This document shows, in pieces, positions 1 to 10,132 of a stretch of DNA of 64,000 bases; position 1 is the stretch's first letter; every line of letters begins with the position of its first letter. The DNA is taken from assembly GCA_963845145.1 (NCBI GenBank), contig CAWJQU010000005.1, positions 544,001-608,000 of the forward strand, given 5' to 3'. The notes under the pieces were generated by a model, which saw only the letters and a program-made list of their open reading frames with translations, searched no databases and was not told where the DNA came from. This DNA is from an uncultured delta proteobacterium. Lineage in GTDB: Bacteria; Desulfobacterota; Desulfobacteria; Desulfobacterales; QNYZ01. Position numbers and translations under genes: made by a program.

Positions 1-1816
1 GCCTGTATAGCAGCCGGGGATCCAGCAATTCGTCCAAGAGGACCGGGTGTTTGGCTAAAAGGCTGACAATCATCGGGCTTGCCTCAGCCAGACGCACCAA
101 TAAATCGATACCTTCAGGGTTTTCCAACAACATAGCCAGGTAAACCGAGCGGGTTTCAATGGTGGCGATGAGGTCGAGTATGCGACTCAACACCTCTTCA
201 GGTTGTTTGGTCGCGCCGGTTGCTTTTAAAACGGGCGGCATTAAGCGATCGAGACGGTTGCGGCCTTCACGGCTCAGGGCGTGTGTCGCCGAAAGTGCCG
301 TGAGGTGTTTTAGCAGGCGGATAACATGTGAAGGGTCACGAAACCCGCATCCTTTCAGGGCCTGGAGAGACTCATCGTCGGCACTTTCGGCCTCAATATG
401 ACGCCACAATTGTTTCAAGGCCTTGGTATTGCAAGCTCCGCTTCGGGCAGGGGTCTGCTTCCGATCCGGCTCGAGTAGCGCTTCAAAGTGCGATTGAACC
501 GTTTCTCGGTGTTGATCCAGAATCTGTCGAAAATGCGTGACATTATCATATCCCATGGAAAGGCTCAGCCGCTGCCATTCAACGTCATCGGTGGGTAGCA
601 AATGGGTTTGTTGGTCGTTGCGTATCTGAAGGCGATTTTCAACCTGACGAAAAAATAGGTAGGCTTTGGAAAGTGCCTGGCCCGCCGAAGCAGGAATGAT
701 TTTCTCTACGGCCAGTCCGTTCAACACAGCTAAAATCGGCCGTTTTTGAAGTGTCGGCATGACACCGCCACGTAGTAATTGAAATACCTGACCGAAAAAT
801 TCGATTTCCCGAATACCTCCCGGTCCGAGCTTAATGTTGTCCAGAACGCCTTTTCGTTTGACGTCGGCAGCAATGCCGACCTTCATCTCGCGTAGCGATT
901 CATAAACGCCATAGTCCAGATACCGCCGGTAAACAAAAGGTTTTAGCCGTTTCAGCCAGTTGTATCCGGCATCTTTATCTCCTGCTACGGGCCGAGCCTT
1001 GATCCAGGCATAGCGCTCCCACTCCCTTCCCTGGCTGACAAAATAATCTTCCATGGCATCAAAATGCATGACCAGTGGCCCGTTACTGCCAAAGGGTCTA
1101 AGATCCATATCGACTCGAAACACGCGTCCATCGGATGTCGGTGTGTGAATCACCCGAATCAGCTGCCGGCCAAGCCGAGTGAAGAATTCGTCATTTGTTG
1201 TTTTTTCGGAAGCCGCGCCGGCCGCAGGATAGGCAAAGACAAGGTCAACATCGGATGAAAAGTTCAATTCTTCAGCGCCCAGTTTGCCCATTCCGAGGAT
1301 GACCAGATGCTGCCGCCGATCGCCGGTAGCCCCGGTAGCAATGGGTTGGCCAAAACGGGCCACCTGCCATTTTGAAAGTATCGTCAGCGAAGCGTCCAAA
1401 ACAACGTCTGCCAATAACGACAGCTCCGCCATCACCTCTGCGGCCGAGGCCCATCCGCACAAATCCCGCCAGGCGATGCGCACCATCTCCCGGGAACGGA
1501 ATCGACGCAGACGTTCCATCAGGATCGCCTCGTCTTTGACATCGGCCAAGGTGGAATTCAAGTGACCCGCCCAATGATCGGCAGGCCAGGGGTGCTTCAG
1601 GTCGCCACTATGAAAAAGTTCTACCAGAAGTTCAGGCCGCCGGGTAGAACTTCGGGCAATAAAATCACTGAACAAGAAGACGCGTTTCACGTCCGTTACA
1701 AAGGTCTCGTCGTCGGGTACGGTAGAACCGGCCTTACCCGCTGCTCGACAAAATTCGGACCATTTTCTTTTTTCTTCTTCAGCAAGCCCTTGGGCTAAAT
1801 CAGGGGGTATTGTCAT
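1..1816 (-). CDS. glnE: Glutamine synthetase adenylyltransferase/adenylyl-removing enzyme; 5' part only, runs off the left edge
   Basis: Hand translation of the minus strand from ATG 1816 (MTIPPDLAQG...) gives the GlnE motifs LGMGKLGAEELNFSSDVDLVFAY, FRVDMDLRPFG, QGREWERYAWIKAR and IKLGPGGIREIEF. It is absent from the ORF track because it has no stop in the window. Confidence 0.95.
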   Translation of the reverse strand, partial: MTIPPDLAQGLAEEEKRKWSEFCRAAGKAGSTVPDDETFVTDVKRVFLFSDFIARSSTRRPELLVELFHSGDLKHPWPADHWAGHLNSTLADVKDEAILMERLRRFRSREMVRIAWRDLCGWASAAEVMAELSLLADVVLDASLTILSKWQVARFGQPIATGATGDRRQHLVILGMGKLGAEELNFSSDVDLVFAYPAAGAASEKTTNDEFFTRLGRQLIRVIHTPTSDGRVFRVDMDLRPFGSNGPLVMHFDAMEDYFVSQGREWERYAWIKARPVAGDKDAGYNWLKRLKPFVYRRYLDYGVYESLREMKVGIAADVKRKGVLDNIKLGPGGIREIEFFGQVFQLLRGGVMPTLQKRPILAVLNGLAVEKIIPASAGQALSKAYLFFRQVENRLQIRNDQQTHLLPTDDVEWQRLSLSMGYDNVTHFRQILDQHRETVQSHFEALLEPDRKQTPARSGACNTKALKQLWRHIEAESADDESLQALKGCGFRDPSHVIRLLKHLTALSATHALSREGRNRLDRLMPPVLKATGATKQPEEVLSRILDLIATIETRSVYLAMLLENPEGIDLLVRLAEASPMIVSLLAKHPVLLDELLDPRLLYR

Positions 1817-1957
1817 TTATATATTTAAAACTACTTTTGGCTGCATCTGAGCTCCTGAAGATTTCTCACACCGGCAATCTCTTCATTATGAAACGAAATC
1901 CAACGTTTGCCAATATTGATCGATCCGTCAAAACACCATTTAAGGGATCTCACGACC

Positions 1958-1987
1958 TATCGCAAGATAATTCCTATCTTGACGATA
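1958..1987 (-). terminator. Stem-loop downstream of the DUF819 gene
   Basis: TATCG-CAAGATA attcc TATCTTG-a-CGATA inverted repeat. Confidence 0.35.
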
Positions 1988-2021
1988 TCAAACCAAAATA
2001 TTTCATTTCAGGGGATATCGC

Positions 2022-3161
2022 CTATAGGCCGCGAAACAGATATGCACCAAACACGCCCAGATAATTACCGACGGCATAGCCGATTATGCCGGTGGTCAGG
2101 CCGGACACAATGATTTCCCGGTTTTTGAGGTTGCCGGCCACCATGGGGACAAAGGGTGGTGAACAGATGGCCGCGACCGAAGTGATCAGAACAGTATCAG
2201 CATCGATTTTGAACACTATGGCCAGAAGCATGTGAAGCAACATGGTCCCAAACACCATGATGGTTACCCACATTAAAATGACGGGCGCCGTGTAGATCAG
2301 TCGGTTTAAATTGGCCATGGAGGAAACGGCCAGGCAAAAGATCAAAATGAAATATTGTCCCAGTTGAAAGGTCATCGGTATTTGACGGATTCGACGAAAC
2401 AGCGCCGCGACAATTCCCAGGGTTGTGATGACCAGTATGGCAGCAGCCATGGAAATGGATACCGGTAGCACCAGGGCAAGCCCGCCCCCGATGATAAAAA
2501 TAGCGGTGGATAAACCAAGCGCCTTTAGCAGACCGATGATGATCGGCCGGCTGAAAATCCCGGCATAATCGTTCAAATCTTGGAGATGATGATTATCAGG
2601 GATAGAGGCAGAAGCTGCGAAGGGAGGTAGGAAATATAGGAAGAATTTTCGAGCCACCGTAATAGCAAACAATATGTAGACAGCACTCACAGCAACATCG
2701 GCGGTGTGGATCGCCAGATACATGCTCGGGTCCACGGCAAGGGCCGTTTTGATTGCGGCCAGATTGGGCGTGCCGCCCGTGTAAACCCCGATCATCAGTC
2801 CTGACACTTTCCAGGCGTCGTCAACGTGTTCACTGAACAGCAAGCTACAAGCTGCCGCCATTAATGTAACGGCAACTATGATTAAGCCGAGTGAGACCAT
2901 TGTTTTACCCGCCAGGCGAAACCACTGCCGAATGTCGAGTGAAAAAAGGAGAAGCGGCAGAGCGATGGGGATCGTTATGGTTGTCAGAAGGTCAAGGACC
3001 TGGGTACTGTTTGGGCCTAAGAGCCCGATGTTGCCGATCAGGATACCGGCAATATAGCAGATAATGACCGCCCCTACTTTTTCAACGGCCGGGTAGCGTC
3101 GACACAGGTCGATGGCCAGTACCGGAAACAATAAGTAGAAGGCGACGGTCAGGATGATCAT
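2022..3161 (-). CDS. DUF819-family multi-pass membrane protein (putative transporter)
   Basis: 379 aa, ~10 hydrophobic segments, motifs GVYTGGTPNLAAIK and TTGIIGYAVGNYLG; AAGGAG RBS. Confidence 0.8.
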   Translation of the reverse strand: MIILTVAFYLLFPVLAIDLCRRYPAVEKVGAVIICYIAGILIGNIGLLGPNSTQVLDLLTTITIPIALPLLLFSLDIRQWFRLAGKTMVSLGLIIVAVTLMAAACSLLFSEHVDDAWKVSGLMIGVYTGGTPNLAAIKTALAVDPSMYLAIHTADVAVSAVYILFAITVARKFFLYFLPPFAASASIPDNHHLQDLNDYAGIFSRPIIIGLLKALGLSTAIFIIGGGLALVLPVSISMAAAILVITTLGIVAALFRRIRQIPMTFQLGQYFILIFCLAVSSMANLNRLIYTAPVILMWVTIMVFGTMLLHMLLAIVFKIDADTVLITSVAAICSPPFVPMVAGNLKNREIIVSGLTTGIIGYAVGNYLGVFGAYLFRGL

Positions 3162-3218
3162 AGCGACTCCTTATACGCGACAAGCCGGACAATTATAAGC
3201 TTAACCTACGGATTGGTA

Positions 3219-4685
3219 TCAAAAGCGTAATTTTTGTTTTAACTTAAGATAGGCCCTTGCGGCACGGGTCGCCCAATTGGTTTTTAGCTGGGCTGGACCA
3301 TCCGTCGATTCGAATTGTCCGTTGCCGGCCAGGTCCGGGATGTGGCCGTCAGGGCCGTACATTTCCAGCATCATTTTCGTGACCTCTTTACGGATCATGC
3401 TTCGCAGCGGTACATGAGCGATCATTCCGTACATGGCAGCGGCACCTTGGACCGCCAATTCCGGATTTTGGCGAACATGGTTCACCGCGTCGTCTAGATC
3501 GGACAGGTAGTGATTAACGACGTTAGCGTGAAGCGGAGTAACCATGGCATGCAGGCATTCCGGTTTCTGCTGGCGATCCATATGCCAGCCGTTTGCTTCC
3601 ATGTAGTCACCGACAGCATATATATTAACCCGACGGTCATTGGAGCGAAAAGCGAAAAGGCTCATGGGCGGATTGCCGAGTACTTCCAGGCCGTCAATCT
3701 GATTGATTCCGTCCATCAGACGATGCGTGGTTTCCATGATGACCCGGGCGTTTGCCAGATATCCCGATTCACCCAAGGCTTGCATGGCCGCCCAGGCCGC
3801 TGCAATGCTTCCCCCCGGGCGGGTTCCGAGGAGTCCGGGTGATCCGAAAATGCCGCCGGGCCAGTTTTCGTAGACAAAGAGCTGGTGTTTCAGATAATCA
3901 ACATTACGATAAAGAATCGTAGAGGCACCTTTGGCGGCATAACCATACTTGTGGGTGTCAGCCGAGATAGAGGTAACACCCGGTACGCGAAAGTCGAATG
4001 GCGGTACGGGAAATCCGAGTTTTTCAACAAATGGCAGAAGATACCCACCCACACAGGCATCCACATGAAGCGGGATATGGTATTTTTGGGCGAGCGTGCC
4101 AAGCTCTTCGATGGGATCTATCATACCATGGGGATACTGGGGAGCGGAGCCCAGGATCATAATGGTGCGACGGTTGATCTGTTTTTTAACCGCGCCCAGG
4201 TCTACGCGATACGCCTTATCTAGCGGCGCATGGACAACCGTGACGCCGAAGTATTCGGCGCCCTTTTCCCACGCGACATGGGCCGACGCCGGCAGGATCA
4301 TTTCAGGCTTTCCTGCCAGAGTCTTTTTAGCCTTCGCCAGATCACGGTAAGTTTTAACGGCCAGTAGACAGCTTTCCGTCCCACCGTTGGTCATAGTGCC
4401 GCAGACTTTGTCATCGCCGTTCAGTAGCGTCGCCGTCATGCGAACAACCTCAGACTCAAATCGCTTCAAACTTCTGAACGCCATGGGATTTAACCCATTG
4501 GCGGAAAAATATAATCCATGGGCTTTTTTTAAAAACCGAGTATATTCTTCTCCAAGATAATATACGAGGCTCCAGGTACGGCCGTTTTTATAATCCGGAT
4601 CCGACCGGCCGAAGGATCGCATATCCTCTAAAATTTCTTCGTGAGGCCGGCCTTTTTGGGGAATATGTTTTAAAGTATCCGTCAC
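3219..4685 (-). CDS. PLP-dependent sphingosine-1-phosphate-lyase-like enzyme (group II decarboxylase fold)
   Basis: Motifs NGGTESCLLA, SAPQYPHGMIDPIEELG, LHVDACVGG, SISADTHKYGYAAKG (PLP lysine) and GTRPGG. Confidence 0.85.
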   Translation of the reverse strand: MTDTLKHIPQKGRPHEEILEDMRSFGRSDPDYKNGRTWSLVYYLGEEYTRFLKKAHGLYFSANGLNPMAFRSLKRFESEVVRMTATLLNGDDKVCGTMTNGGTESCLLAVKTYRDLAKAKKTLAGKPEMILPASAHVAWEKGAEYFGVTVVHAPLDKAYRVDLGAVKKQINRRTIMILGSAPQYPHGMIDPIEELGTLAQKYHIPLHVDACVGGYLLPFVEKLGFPVPPFDFRVPGVTSISADTHKYGYAAKGASTILYRNVDYLKHQLFVYENWPGGIFGSPGLLGTRPGGSIAAAWAAMQALGESGYLANARVIMETTHRLMDGINQIDGLEVLGNPPMSLFAFRSNDRRVNIYAVGDYMEANGWHMDRQQKPECLHAMVTPLHANVVNHYLSDLDDAVNHVRQNPELAVQGAAAMYGMIAHVPLRSMIRKEVTKMMLEMYGPDGHIPDLAGNGQFESTDGPAQLKTNWATRAARAYLKLKQKLRF

Positions 4686-4920
4686 TTTGAAAGATGCTTC
4701 CCGAGACTATAGGATCGTTGCTGCAGCGACTAAAAATGGGATCGTGTCGAAAACATCCATTTTATCCAATGCAATGTGAGCGTTCGGATTTTCATTTACA
4801 ACCGCACAAAGAGCCGTGTGTCAAGTATAAAGTTTTTTCTTTAATCGCCGATAATGGCTATATAATGTGATTTGGACAGGGAAATGATGCAAGTTTTCGT
4901 TCTGAACCGAATAAGGTTTT

Positions 4921-5382
4921 TACTCCACGGAAGAGGCGCTCGGGCTCTCGCTGGATCAAATCATGGTGCCTCGTTCCCGCATGATGGTCCAGTCGGAGAT
5001 AGATGCCCAGCTGGCACGTGAGGCGGCCGGTATCGACGGCACCGACTAATCCATTACCATGGAATTGGAGCACTTGCGTAAACACCAAACCAAAGTCTGG
5101 ACGGAGGTGATCATGGGCTTTCGTCGCGACAAAAAAGGGAAACCTGTTGCGCTATTGGGTGTTACGCGCGACATCACTGAAAGACGCCGTGCCGAGACCC
5201 TGCGATTAGCCAAAGTGGAGGCTGAAGAAGCCAACCAGGCCAAAAGTGAGTTTTTGGCCAACATGAGCCACGAATTGCGCACCCCACTCAATCATATCAT
5301 TGGGTTTACCGAGTTGATCGTTAGCAAGAACTTCGGTCCGCTTACCGAAAAACAGGAAGAGTACCTTCGGAGAGATGTGTGA
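4921..5382 (+). pseudogene. Relic of a PAS/PAC-HisKA sensor histidine kinase
   Basis: One frame reads YSTEEALGLSLDQIMVP... (PAS-like), hits an in-frame TAA at 5047-5049, then [13 protein letters not shown] and the H-box [18 protein letters not shown]. It stops before any HATPase domain. Confidence 0.8.
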
Positions 5383-5448
5383 CCATGAGTGCCGATGCGG
5401 TCATCGATTTTAGCGGCAAGACCGTATGTGAACACCGGCGTGTATAAA

Positions 5449-5483
5449 AACCGGGGTGCCGTCATTGAATCGGCACCCCGGTT
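5449..5483 (-). terminator. Intrinsic terminator of the PKD/outer-membrane protein gene
   Basis: AACCGGGGTGCCG-N9-CGGCACCCCGGTT with a T-tract on the minus strand. Confidence 0.8.
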
Positions 5484-5504
5484 GTCATCAATAAGGGTGA
5501 GGTT

Positions 5505-6743
5505 TTAGAACCGGAACAGAATTCCAGCACCTAAACGACCGGCAAGATCAAGGTCACTCACATCGGTCCACTTGCGGCCTTCAATAAAGAGTGAGACGTT
5601 AAAGGCGTCTGGGTCGCCATAGACCATCACACCCGTTTGGGCGATGAGATCGGCATGGCCGCCATCCACTTCGTCTTTGTCGTTACTATCATCATCCATC
5701 TCCCAGTACCCGACACCGGCGCCGACAAAGAAGCGGGAAATCCAGTAGTGCAGCAATAAATCGGCCGACATGGCGTTATCTCCATGGCTACCGTCGATAT
5801 GGTAGTTGAACCCAACCATTCCCAGCAGAGAGAGGTTGTCGGTGAGACGATATTCCAGCCCGCCGCGGATCGGCGCAAAATTGGCTGGGTCCCACATACG
5901 CAGAAACCCCAGGGTCGCCACAGGACGTAGACGGCTCTTTTTGGCGGCAACGCCAACCGTACTTTCACAATTGGGACCGGTGGCGGATTTTCCCTTGTCG
6001 TCCGTCACGGTTGTTTTGACGGTGTACGTGCCGTCACAGGGAACTTCCAACTCGTAAATAAACGGCGCCTGATCAATCTTATGTTCGGCAACCGTATTAC
6101 CCTGCGCATCCATCACCGCGACGGTCATGGCCGCTATTTGGCCGTCAGCATCGGTGGAGCCGCTTCCGTCTATCGTAATCGTCTCGCCGCACTTGGCGTT
6201 GTCGGAAGAGACTGTTGCGATACACACCGGGGCTTGATTGACCTTGGGTGCCGGAGGCGGTGCAACGGCTTTGGGAATGGGAATGGGCGTAATCGAGCGA
6301 ACAGCAAAATTGACGCAAATCAAAGGGACAACGATATCATATCGCTTGCCGCCCTGGTCCACATAAAACTGAAACGCATCAAAAGGCTCTTTTCCAGCCC
6401 AGGTGACATCCTTGGCTACGCGCACCGGACCTTTCCCGAATTTGCGGAAAAGCATCCAGAGCATCTTTTCACCTTCGTTCACTTTGATTTTTTTGATATC
6501 CGCTGTGGGAAACTGCTCGCTAAAGGCTGGGAAGAGACCGGCATACCCGGCCTTTTCAAACCCTTTACGGATTTCGGCCGGATTTTCAGCGACCACTTTT
6601 TTAAGATCTGCAACTGTTTTTAACGGTGGTACGGCAAAGGGGCTAACACCCAATTGGTGCAAAACGGTTGCCGCAAACGCAGTTTGGGTGAAGCTGAGAA
6701 TAAAAAAACAAAGGCCTATGGACCAAATCAAACGATTTTTCAC
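5505..6743 (-). CDS. Exported protein with a PKD-like domain and a C-terminal outer-membrane beta-barrel
   Basis: Signal peptide (TAFA|A), Pro-rich linker, PKD-like IDGSGSTDADGQI...GTYTVKTTVTDDKG, amphipathic strands ending GAGILFRF. Confidence 0.7.
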   Translation of the reverse strand: MKNRLIWSIGLCFFILSFTQTAFAATVLHQLGVSPFAVPPLKTVADLKKVVAENPAEIRKGFEKAGYAGLFPAFSEQFPTADIKKIKVNEGEKMLWMLFRKFGKGPVRVAKDVTWAGKEPFDAFQFYVDQGGKRYDIVVPLICVNFAVRSITPIPIPKAVAPPPAPKVNQAPVCIATVSSDNAKCGETITIDGSGSTDADGQIAAMTVAVMDAQGNTVAEHKIDQAPFIYELEVPCDGTYTVKTTVTDDKGKSATGPNCESTVGVAAKKSRLRPVATLGFLRMWDPANFAPIRGGLEYRLTDNLSLLGMVGFNYHIDGSHGDNAMSADLLLHYWISRFFVGAGVGYWEMDDDSNDKDEVDGGHADLIAQTGVMVYGDPDAFNVSLFIEGRKWTDVSDLDLAGRLGAGILFRF

Positions 6744-7024
6744 TGTTTTTCTCCTTCTGTTTCAATAAGTTCAGGATTTCTTCTTGATCGATGAGATCAC
6801 GTTTGGATAATTCCATGTGTAATACAATCAGGATAGTTTACAGAATAGCAATTAGCAGTATAGTCAGGGTAACCACCCAAGTCAAGATATTCCAATTCGT
6901 TTTTTAGTGATCGAACCGTCAAGGTTGTGAAAAGCTTATGGGGAAGGGTTTTATTGTTAAAAATATTTTTATGGTGGCTTTAATTTTCAGTTAGCACGAT
7001 CAGTCAGCCCGAATGGGGATACAT

Positions 7025-7459
7025 TTAAGTGCCATGCGTTTCCTTGCACATGGCATCCCAATCGTCCAATTGTCGCATGTGTTGTGCCAGTTTTAGGTCT
7101 TCCGATATCGTATGATTCACTACCCAATCGGTCAAAAAAGGAACAATAGTATCAATACCGGTTCCGAAATAATCATATCGGGCCTTGACGACATTCAATT
7201 TCTGAATCAGATCAATATGACTCATCTTATGTAAATAAATATTCTCATACTTGGTTATGAGCATTCGGTTTTCTTCGCTGGTAAAATGGAAAACGGCGTA
7301 CTGGGCCAGTTCGTTCATCAGGTTTGATATATGTAGTTTATCACAACCTTTGTTAATCAGGGATTCCAATCGCTCAATGAGTAAAAAGAAAAACTGATGC
7401 TGAAAATCGATTTCAGGAATACCGACCGAGTATTTTTTCTGCCATTTAATGGGTTCCAT
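7025..7459 (-). CDS. Bacteriohemerythrin
   Basis: W..KYSVGIPEIDFQH, HFTSEE, HKMSH and WVVNHTISED di-iron ligand pattern. Confidence 0.9.
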   Translation of the reverse strand: MEPIKWQKKYSVGIPEIDFQHQFFFLLIERLESLINKGCDKLHISNLMNELAQYAVFHFTSEENRMLITKYENIYLHKMSHIDLIQKLNVVKARYDYFGTGIDTIVPFLTDWVVNHTISEDLKLAQHMRQLDDWDAMCKETHGT

Positions 7460-7681
7460 AATAGATTCCTATTTATCCGACCTAATTTAAAGCGCTCGAA
7501 ATATGATTTTAAATCAGTTTTCATGCGCTTCAGTTCATTTTGTGGTATTGCGGAAAAGGAAAGGGCATGTATTATCAGATGAGGAAAGAGAGCAAGCCAC
7601 GTATCTGTATATTTAGCTCTGAAATGAATCGATTTATACCATTTGTTCTTTGAATAGTAAACAGCGAAGAATGTTTGAAGA

Positions 7682-7721
7682 ATCAAACATGCCCATACTC
7701 AGTCGTAGGGGCATGCTTGAT
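7682..7721 (-). terminator. Stem-loop downstream of the amino-acid ABC relic
   Basis: ATCAAACATGCCC...GGGCATGCTTGAT inverted repeat. Confidence 0.45.
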
Positions 7722-7753
7722 TTGTTATAGCAATCGACAGGAACCGTTATGGC

Positions 7754-8561
7754 CTAAGGGCCTGCGTTAGAACTTAAATCGTTCGGTGTTCCTTTGCGTA
7801 CAAGCTTGAACGGTGTATCCTCGCCAAGATGTTTTTCGAACACCTCGCCATAATTACCTACCTGCTTAATTATCTGATAGGCCCAGTTTTTTGGGATTTG
7901 CAGCTTCTCGGCCATGTCGCCGGCGGCCCCTTTTTCATCCAGGAGCCGTTTAACCGCTTTTGGCTGGCTGGCAAGATCGCTTTAGCCGGGTATCAATATT
8001 TTTTGAATTGAGGCCGTGCTGTTCTGCAGTGAGCATGACCTGGAACCCCCAAAATAGGATCGATTCCAGTTCCTGATCAGGTTGGCTTACCAGGGTTAAG
8101 GGCTCGTTGGAAATGATGTCGGGTAAAATGGTATAATTTCCCGGATTGGGAGCAAGCTGACGATCAGACAAAAGCGCCGTATAGTCACTTGCCAAAACAT
8201 CGCATTTGCCAGCGTAGAAAGCCTGAATGCGGGCAGATTTGTCGCCAATGTTCTCGACCTTATAGTCCATCTTTCGATTCCCGAACCAGTCCGCGATATT
8301 TAAAATGGACAGTTCCAGGGTATTGAGAAAACCGACCAGCAACACACGACGGTAACTGTCGGTGGCCGCATAGGAGATCAAAGATTCATTGACATCGAAC
8401 CCCGCCTCTCCGTCTAAAAACCCGAAACCGAGTCGGATCCCAACATCGGCAAGATTCTCGCGAATATTTTGCACGATGATATACGAAACAACCACAAGGA
8501 TAGCGGCCATTGATAGTTGGATCGCGAATGAACGTTTTTCTTTGGTTGATAGCCAACTCAT
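7754..8561 (-). pseudogene. Chimeric relic of a general L-amino-acid ABC transporter: AapQ-like permease N-terminus joined to an AapJ-like binding-protein C-terminus
   Basis: GFGFLDGEAGFDVNESLISY...LLVGFLNTL (AapQ/BztB-like) runs into LNIADWF...AFYAGKCDVLASD...LPDIISNEPL (AapJ/BztA-like). After a frameshift near 7982 it continues WAYQIIKQVGNYGEVFEKHLG to TAG at 7754-7756. Confidence 0.75.
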
Positions 8562-8652
8562 GCGCAGATAACCATTTAGAACGGTAGAGCCATGCCAAGC
8601 CCATCTTATTTGCAGGGTTAGTTGGGTCTGGAAAATTCCACTTACACGTTTC

Positions 8653-9912
8653 TTACAGGGTCATAAGAAGAGAATGTAGTTGGTCCAAAGTCACATGACC
8701 GGACTCAACAGCCTCATAAGGATTTCGGTCCATCTTTTTTACCTCGATCAAAGCTTGTTCTATCTCAAAGTGTCTCCCGAAACGCATCCATGCGGCAAGG
8801 ATGTGACCGGTTCGGCCGATACCACCCGAGCAATGTACGACGACCGGCATCTCTTTTTTTTCCGAATCCTTAAGAAAAGGGAGTATCTTCTCTTTCAACG
8901 TATGGGTGTCGACCAGACTATAGTCCTCAACAGGCGCCCAGCACACGTTGTCGTTTCCAAATGCCTGCTTGTAAGAACCGAGAAGGTCTTCGCTGTAATA
9001 GCCCAGCTGGTCCTTCGTGATGAGGCAGCACACACGCTGGATATCCTTATTTTGCATAAATCGAATCCAGTTTTGAATCGCGTCAGGACCGACCGTTTCA
9101 TTGGGATACCCCGGTCTTTCAGATCCGTGCACTATTTTTTCAGCGACTGATGCCGGATTAAATCGAAATTTATTCATCGGTTCGTCCGTTTGTTCAGGTC
9201 TTTTTTCCATATAACGGTTTAATTTTCTAACATGTTGTTGTGATAAGGACCTGGCATCCTCGGCCCGTCCCTGCGTGATGGCCTCAACGATTTGGCAAAG
9301 GCCCTGAACGTTATCATCAAAAAAACTTTCATCTTTAAGAAAAAGCCGTTCATACGTTGCGACGATGTTTTCATGGATCATCTGCACGACAGCTGTGAAA
9401 AGCGGATTTCCAACAATCTCCGCGATGGCGACATGAAGTTGAACATCCAAACGAATGGCGTCTTTCCAATCAGCGCGGTTCTCGGCCCTTAGACCCCGGA
9501 ATTCAGATATCAATGCTTGCATCGTTTGACACCCTTCGGGTGTCGCTTTTTCAGCGGCCCGCCCAGCCACAAATCCCTCTACAACTCCTTGAAATTCCAT
9601 CAAATGATCGATGGTTATTATTTTGGAACGGACCAAGAGATCCAATAGTTCAACCATTTTACCGGTATCAACGGTTTTTATGATCGCACCACCGCTTGAG
9701 CCGGTCTTGATTTCGACCAACCCCTTCTGCTCCAAAACCCGTAATGCTTCGCGGATGGTTCCCCGGCTTGTGGAAAACATTTCCGTTAATTTTAGTTCCG
9801 ACGGTAATATGTCGCCCGGCTTTAAATCGCCGGATATAATGGCATTTTGGATTTGTTCGACGACATCTTGGAAAATACGGTTGGTCTTAACTTTTCGGTG
9901 GGGAAATGGCAT
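8653..9912 (-). CDS. FadR/GntR-family regulator fused to a dual-specificity (CX5R) phosphatase domain
   Basis: Residues ~1-240 are a wHTH (LKPGDILPSELKL...SRGTIREALRVL) plus FCD domain. Residues ~247-419 are a DSP domain with VVVHCSGGIGRTG. Confidence 0.75.
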   Translation of the reverse strand: MPFPHRKVKTNRIFQDVVEQIQNAIISGDLKPGDILPSELKLTEMFSTSRGTIREALRVLEQKGLVEIKTGSSGGAIIKTVDTGKMVELLDLLVRSKIITIDHLMEFQGVVEGFVAGRAAEKATPEGCQTMQALISEFRGLRAENRADWKDAIRLDVQLHVAIAEIVGNPLFTAVVQMIHENIVATYERLFLKDESFFDDNVQGLCQIVEAITQGRAEDARSLSQQHVRKLNRYMEKRPEQTDEPMNKFRFNPASVAEKIVHGSERPGYPNETVGPDAIQNWIRFMQNKDIQRVCCLITKDQLGYYSEDLLGSYKQAFGNDNVCWAPVEDYSLVDTHTLKEKILPFLKDSEKKEMPVVVHCSGGIGRTGHILAAWMRFGRHFEIEQALIEVKKMDRNPYEAVESGHVTLDQLHSLLMTL

Positions 9913-9945
9913 TGGGTACCTTGAATATTTAAATCGAAATATGAG

Positions 9946-9976
9946 AACTGTCTAACAGTTTGATGGTTTGACAATT
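9946..9976. promoter_or_regulatory. Putative FadR-type operator(s)
   Basis: Perfect palindrome AACTGT-CTA-ACAGTT (9946-9960) followed by ATGGT-TTG-ACAAT. Both fit TNGT-N3-ACNA and lie ~35 bp upstream of the regulator start. Confidence 0.65.
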
Positions 9977-10132
9977 AATCCTATTTTGCTATTTGATTCA
10001 TTGTCAAGAACATTGTATGAAAATGAAAAATCACCAAAGCCTGCAGCGCTATATTCAATTAAACAATCAGCGACATTTATCTATTAAATCAACAGCCCCG
10101 GTTTTTATGGTCGCTACCCACTCGAAAAGGAG

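Noticed and set aside
159..1798. Short ORFs listed over the first 1.8 kb
   Set aside because: They overlap the continuous glnE frame on the minus strand.
7357..7686. 109-aa minus-strand ORF upstream of the hemerythrin gene
   Set aside because: AT-rich, no motif, and it overlaps hemerythrin out of frame.
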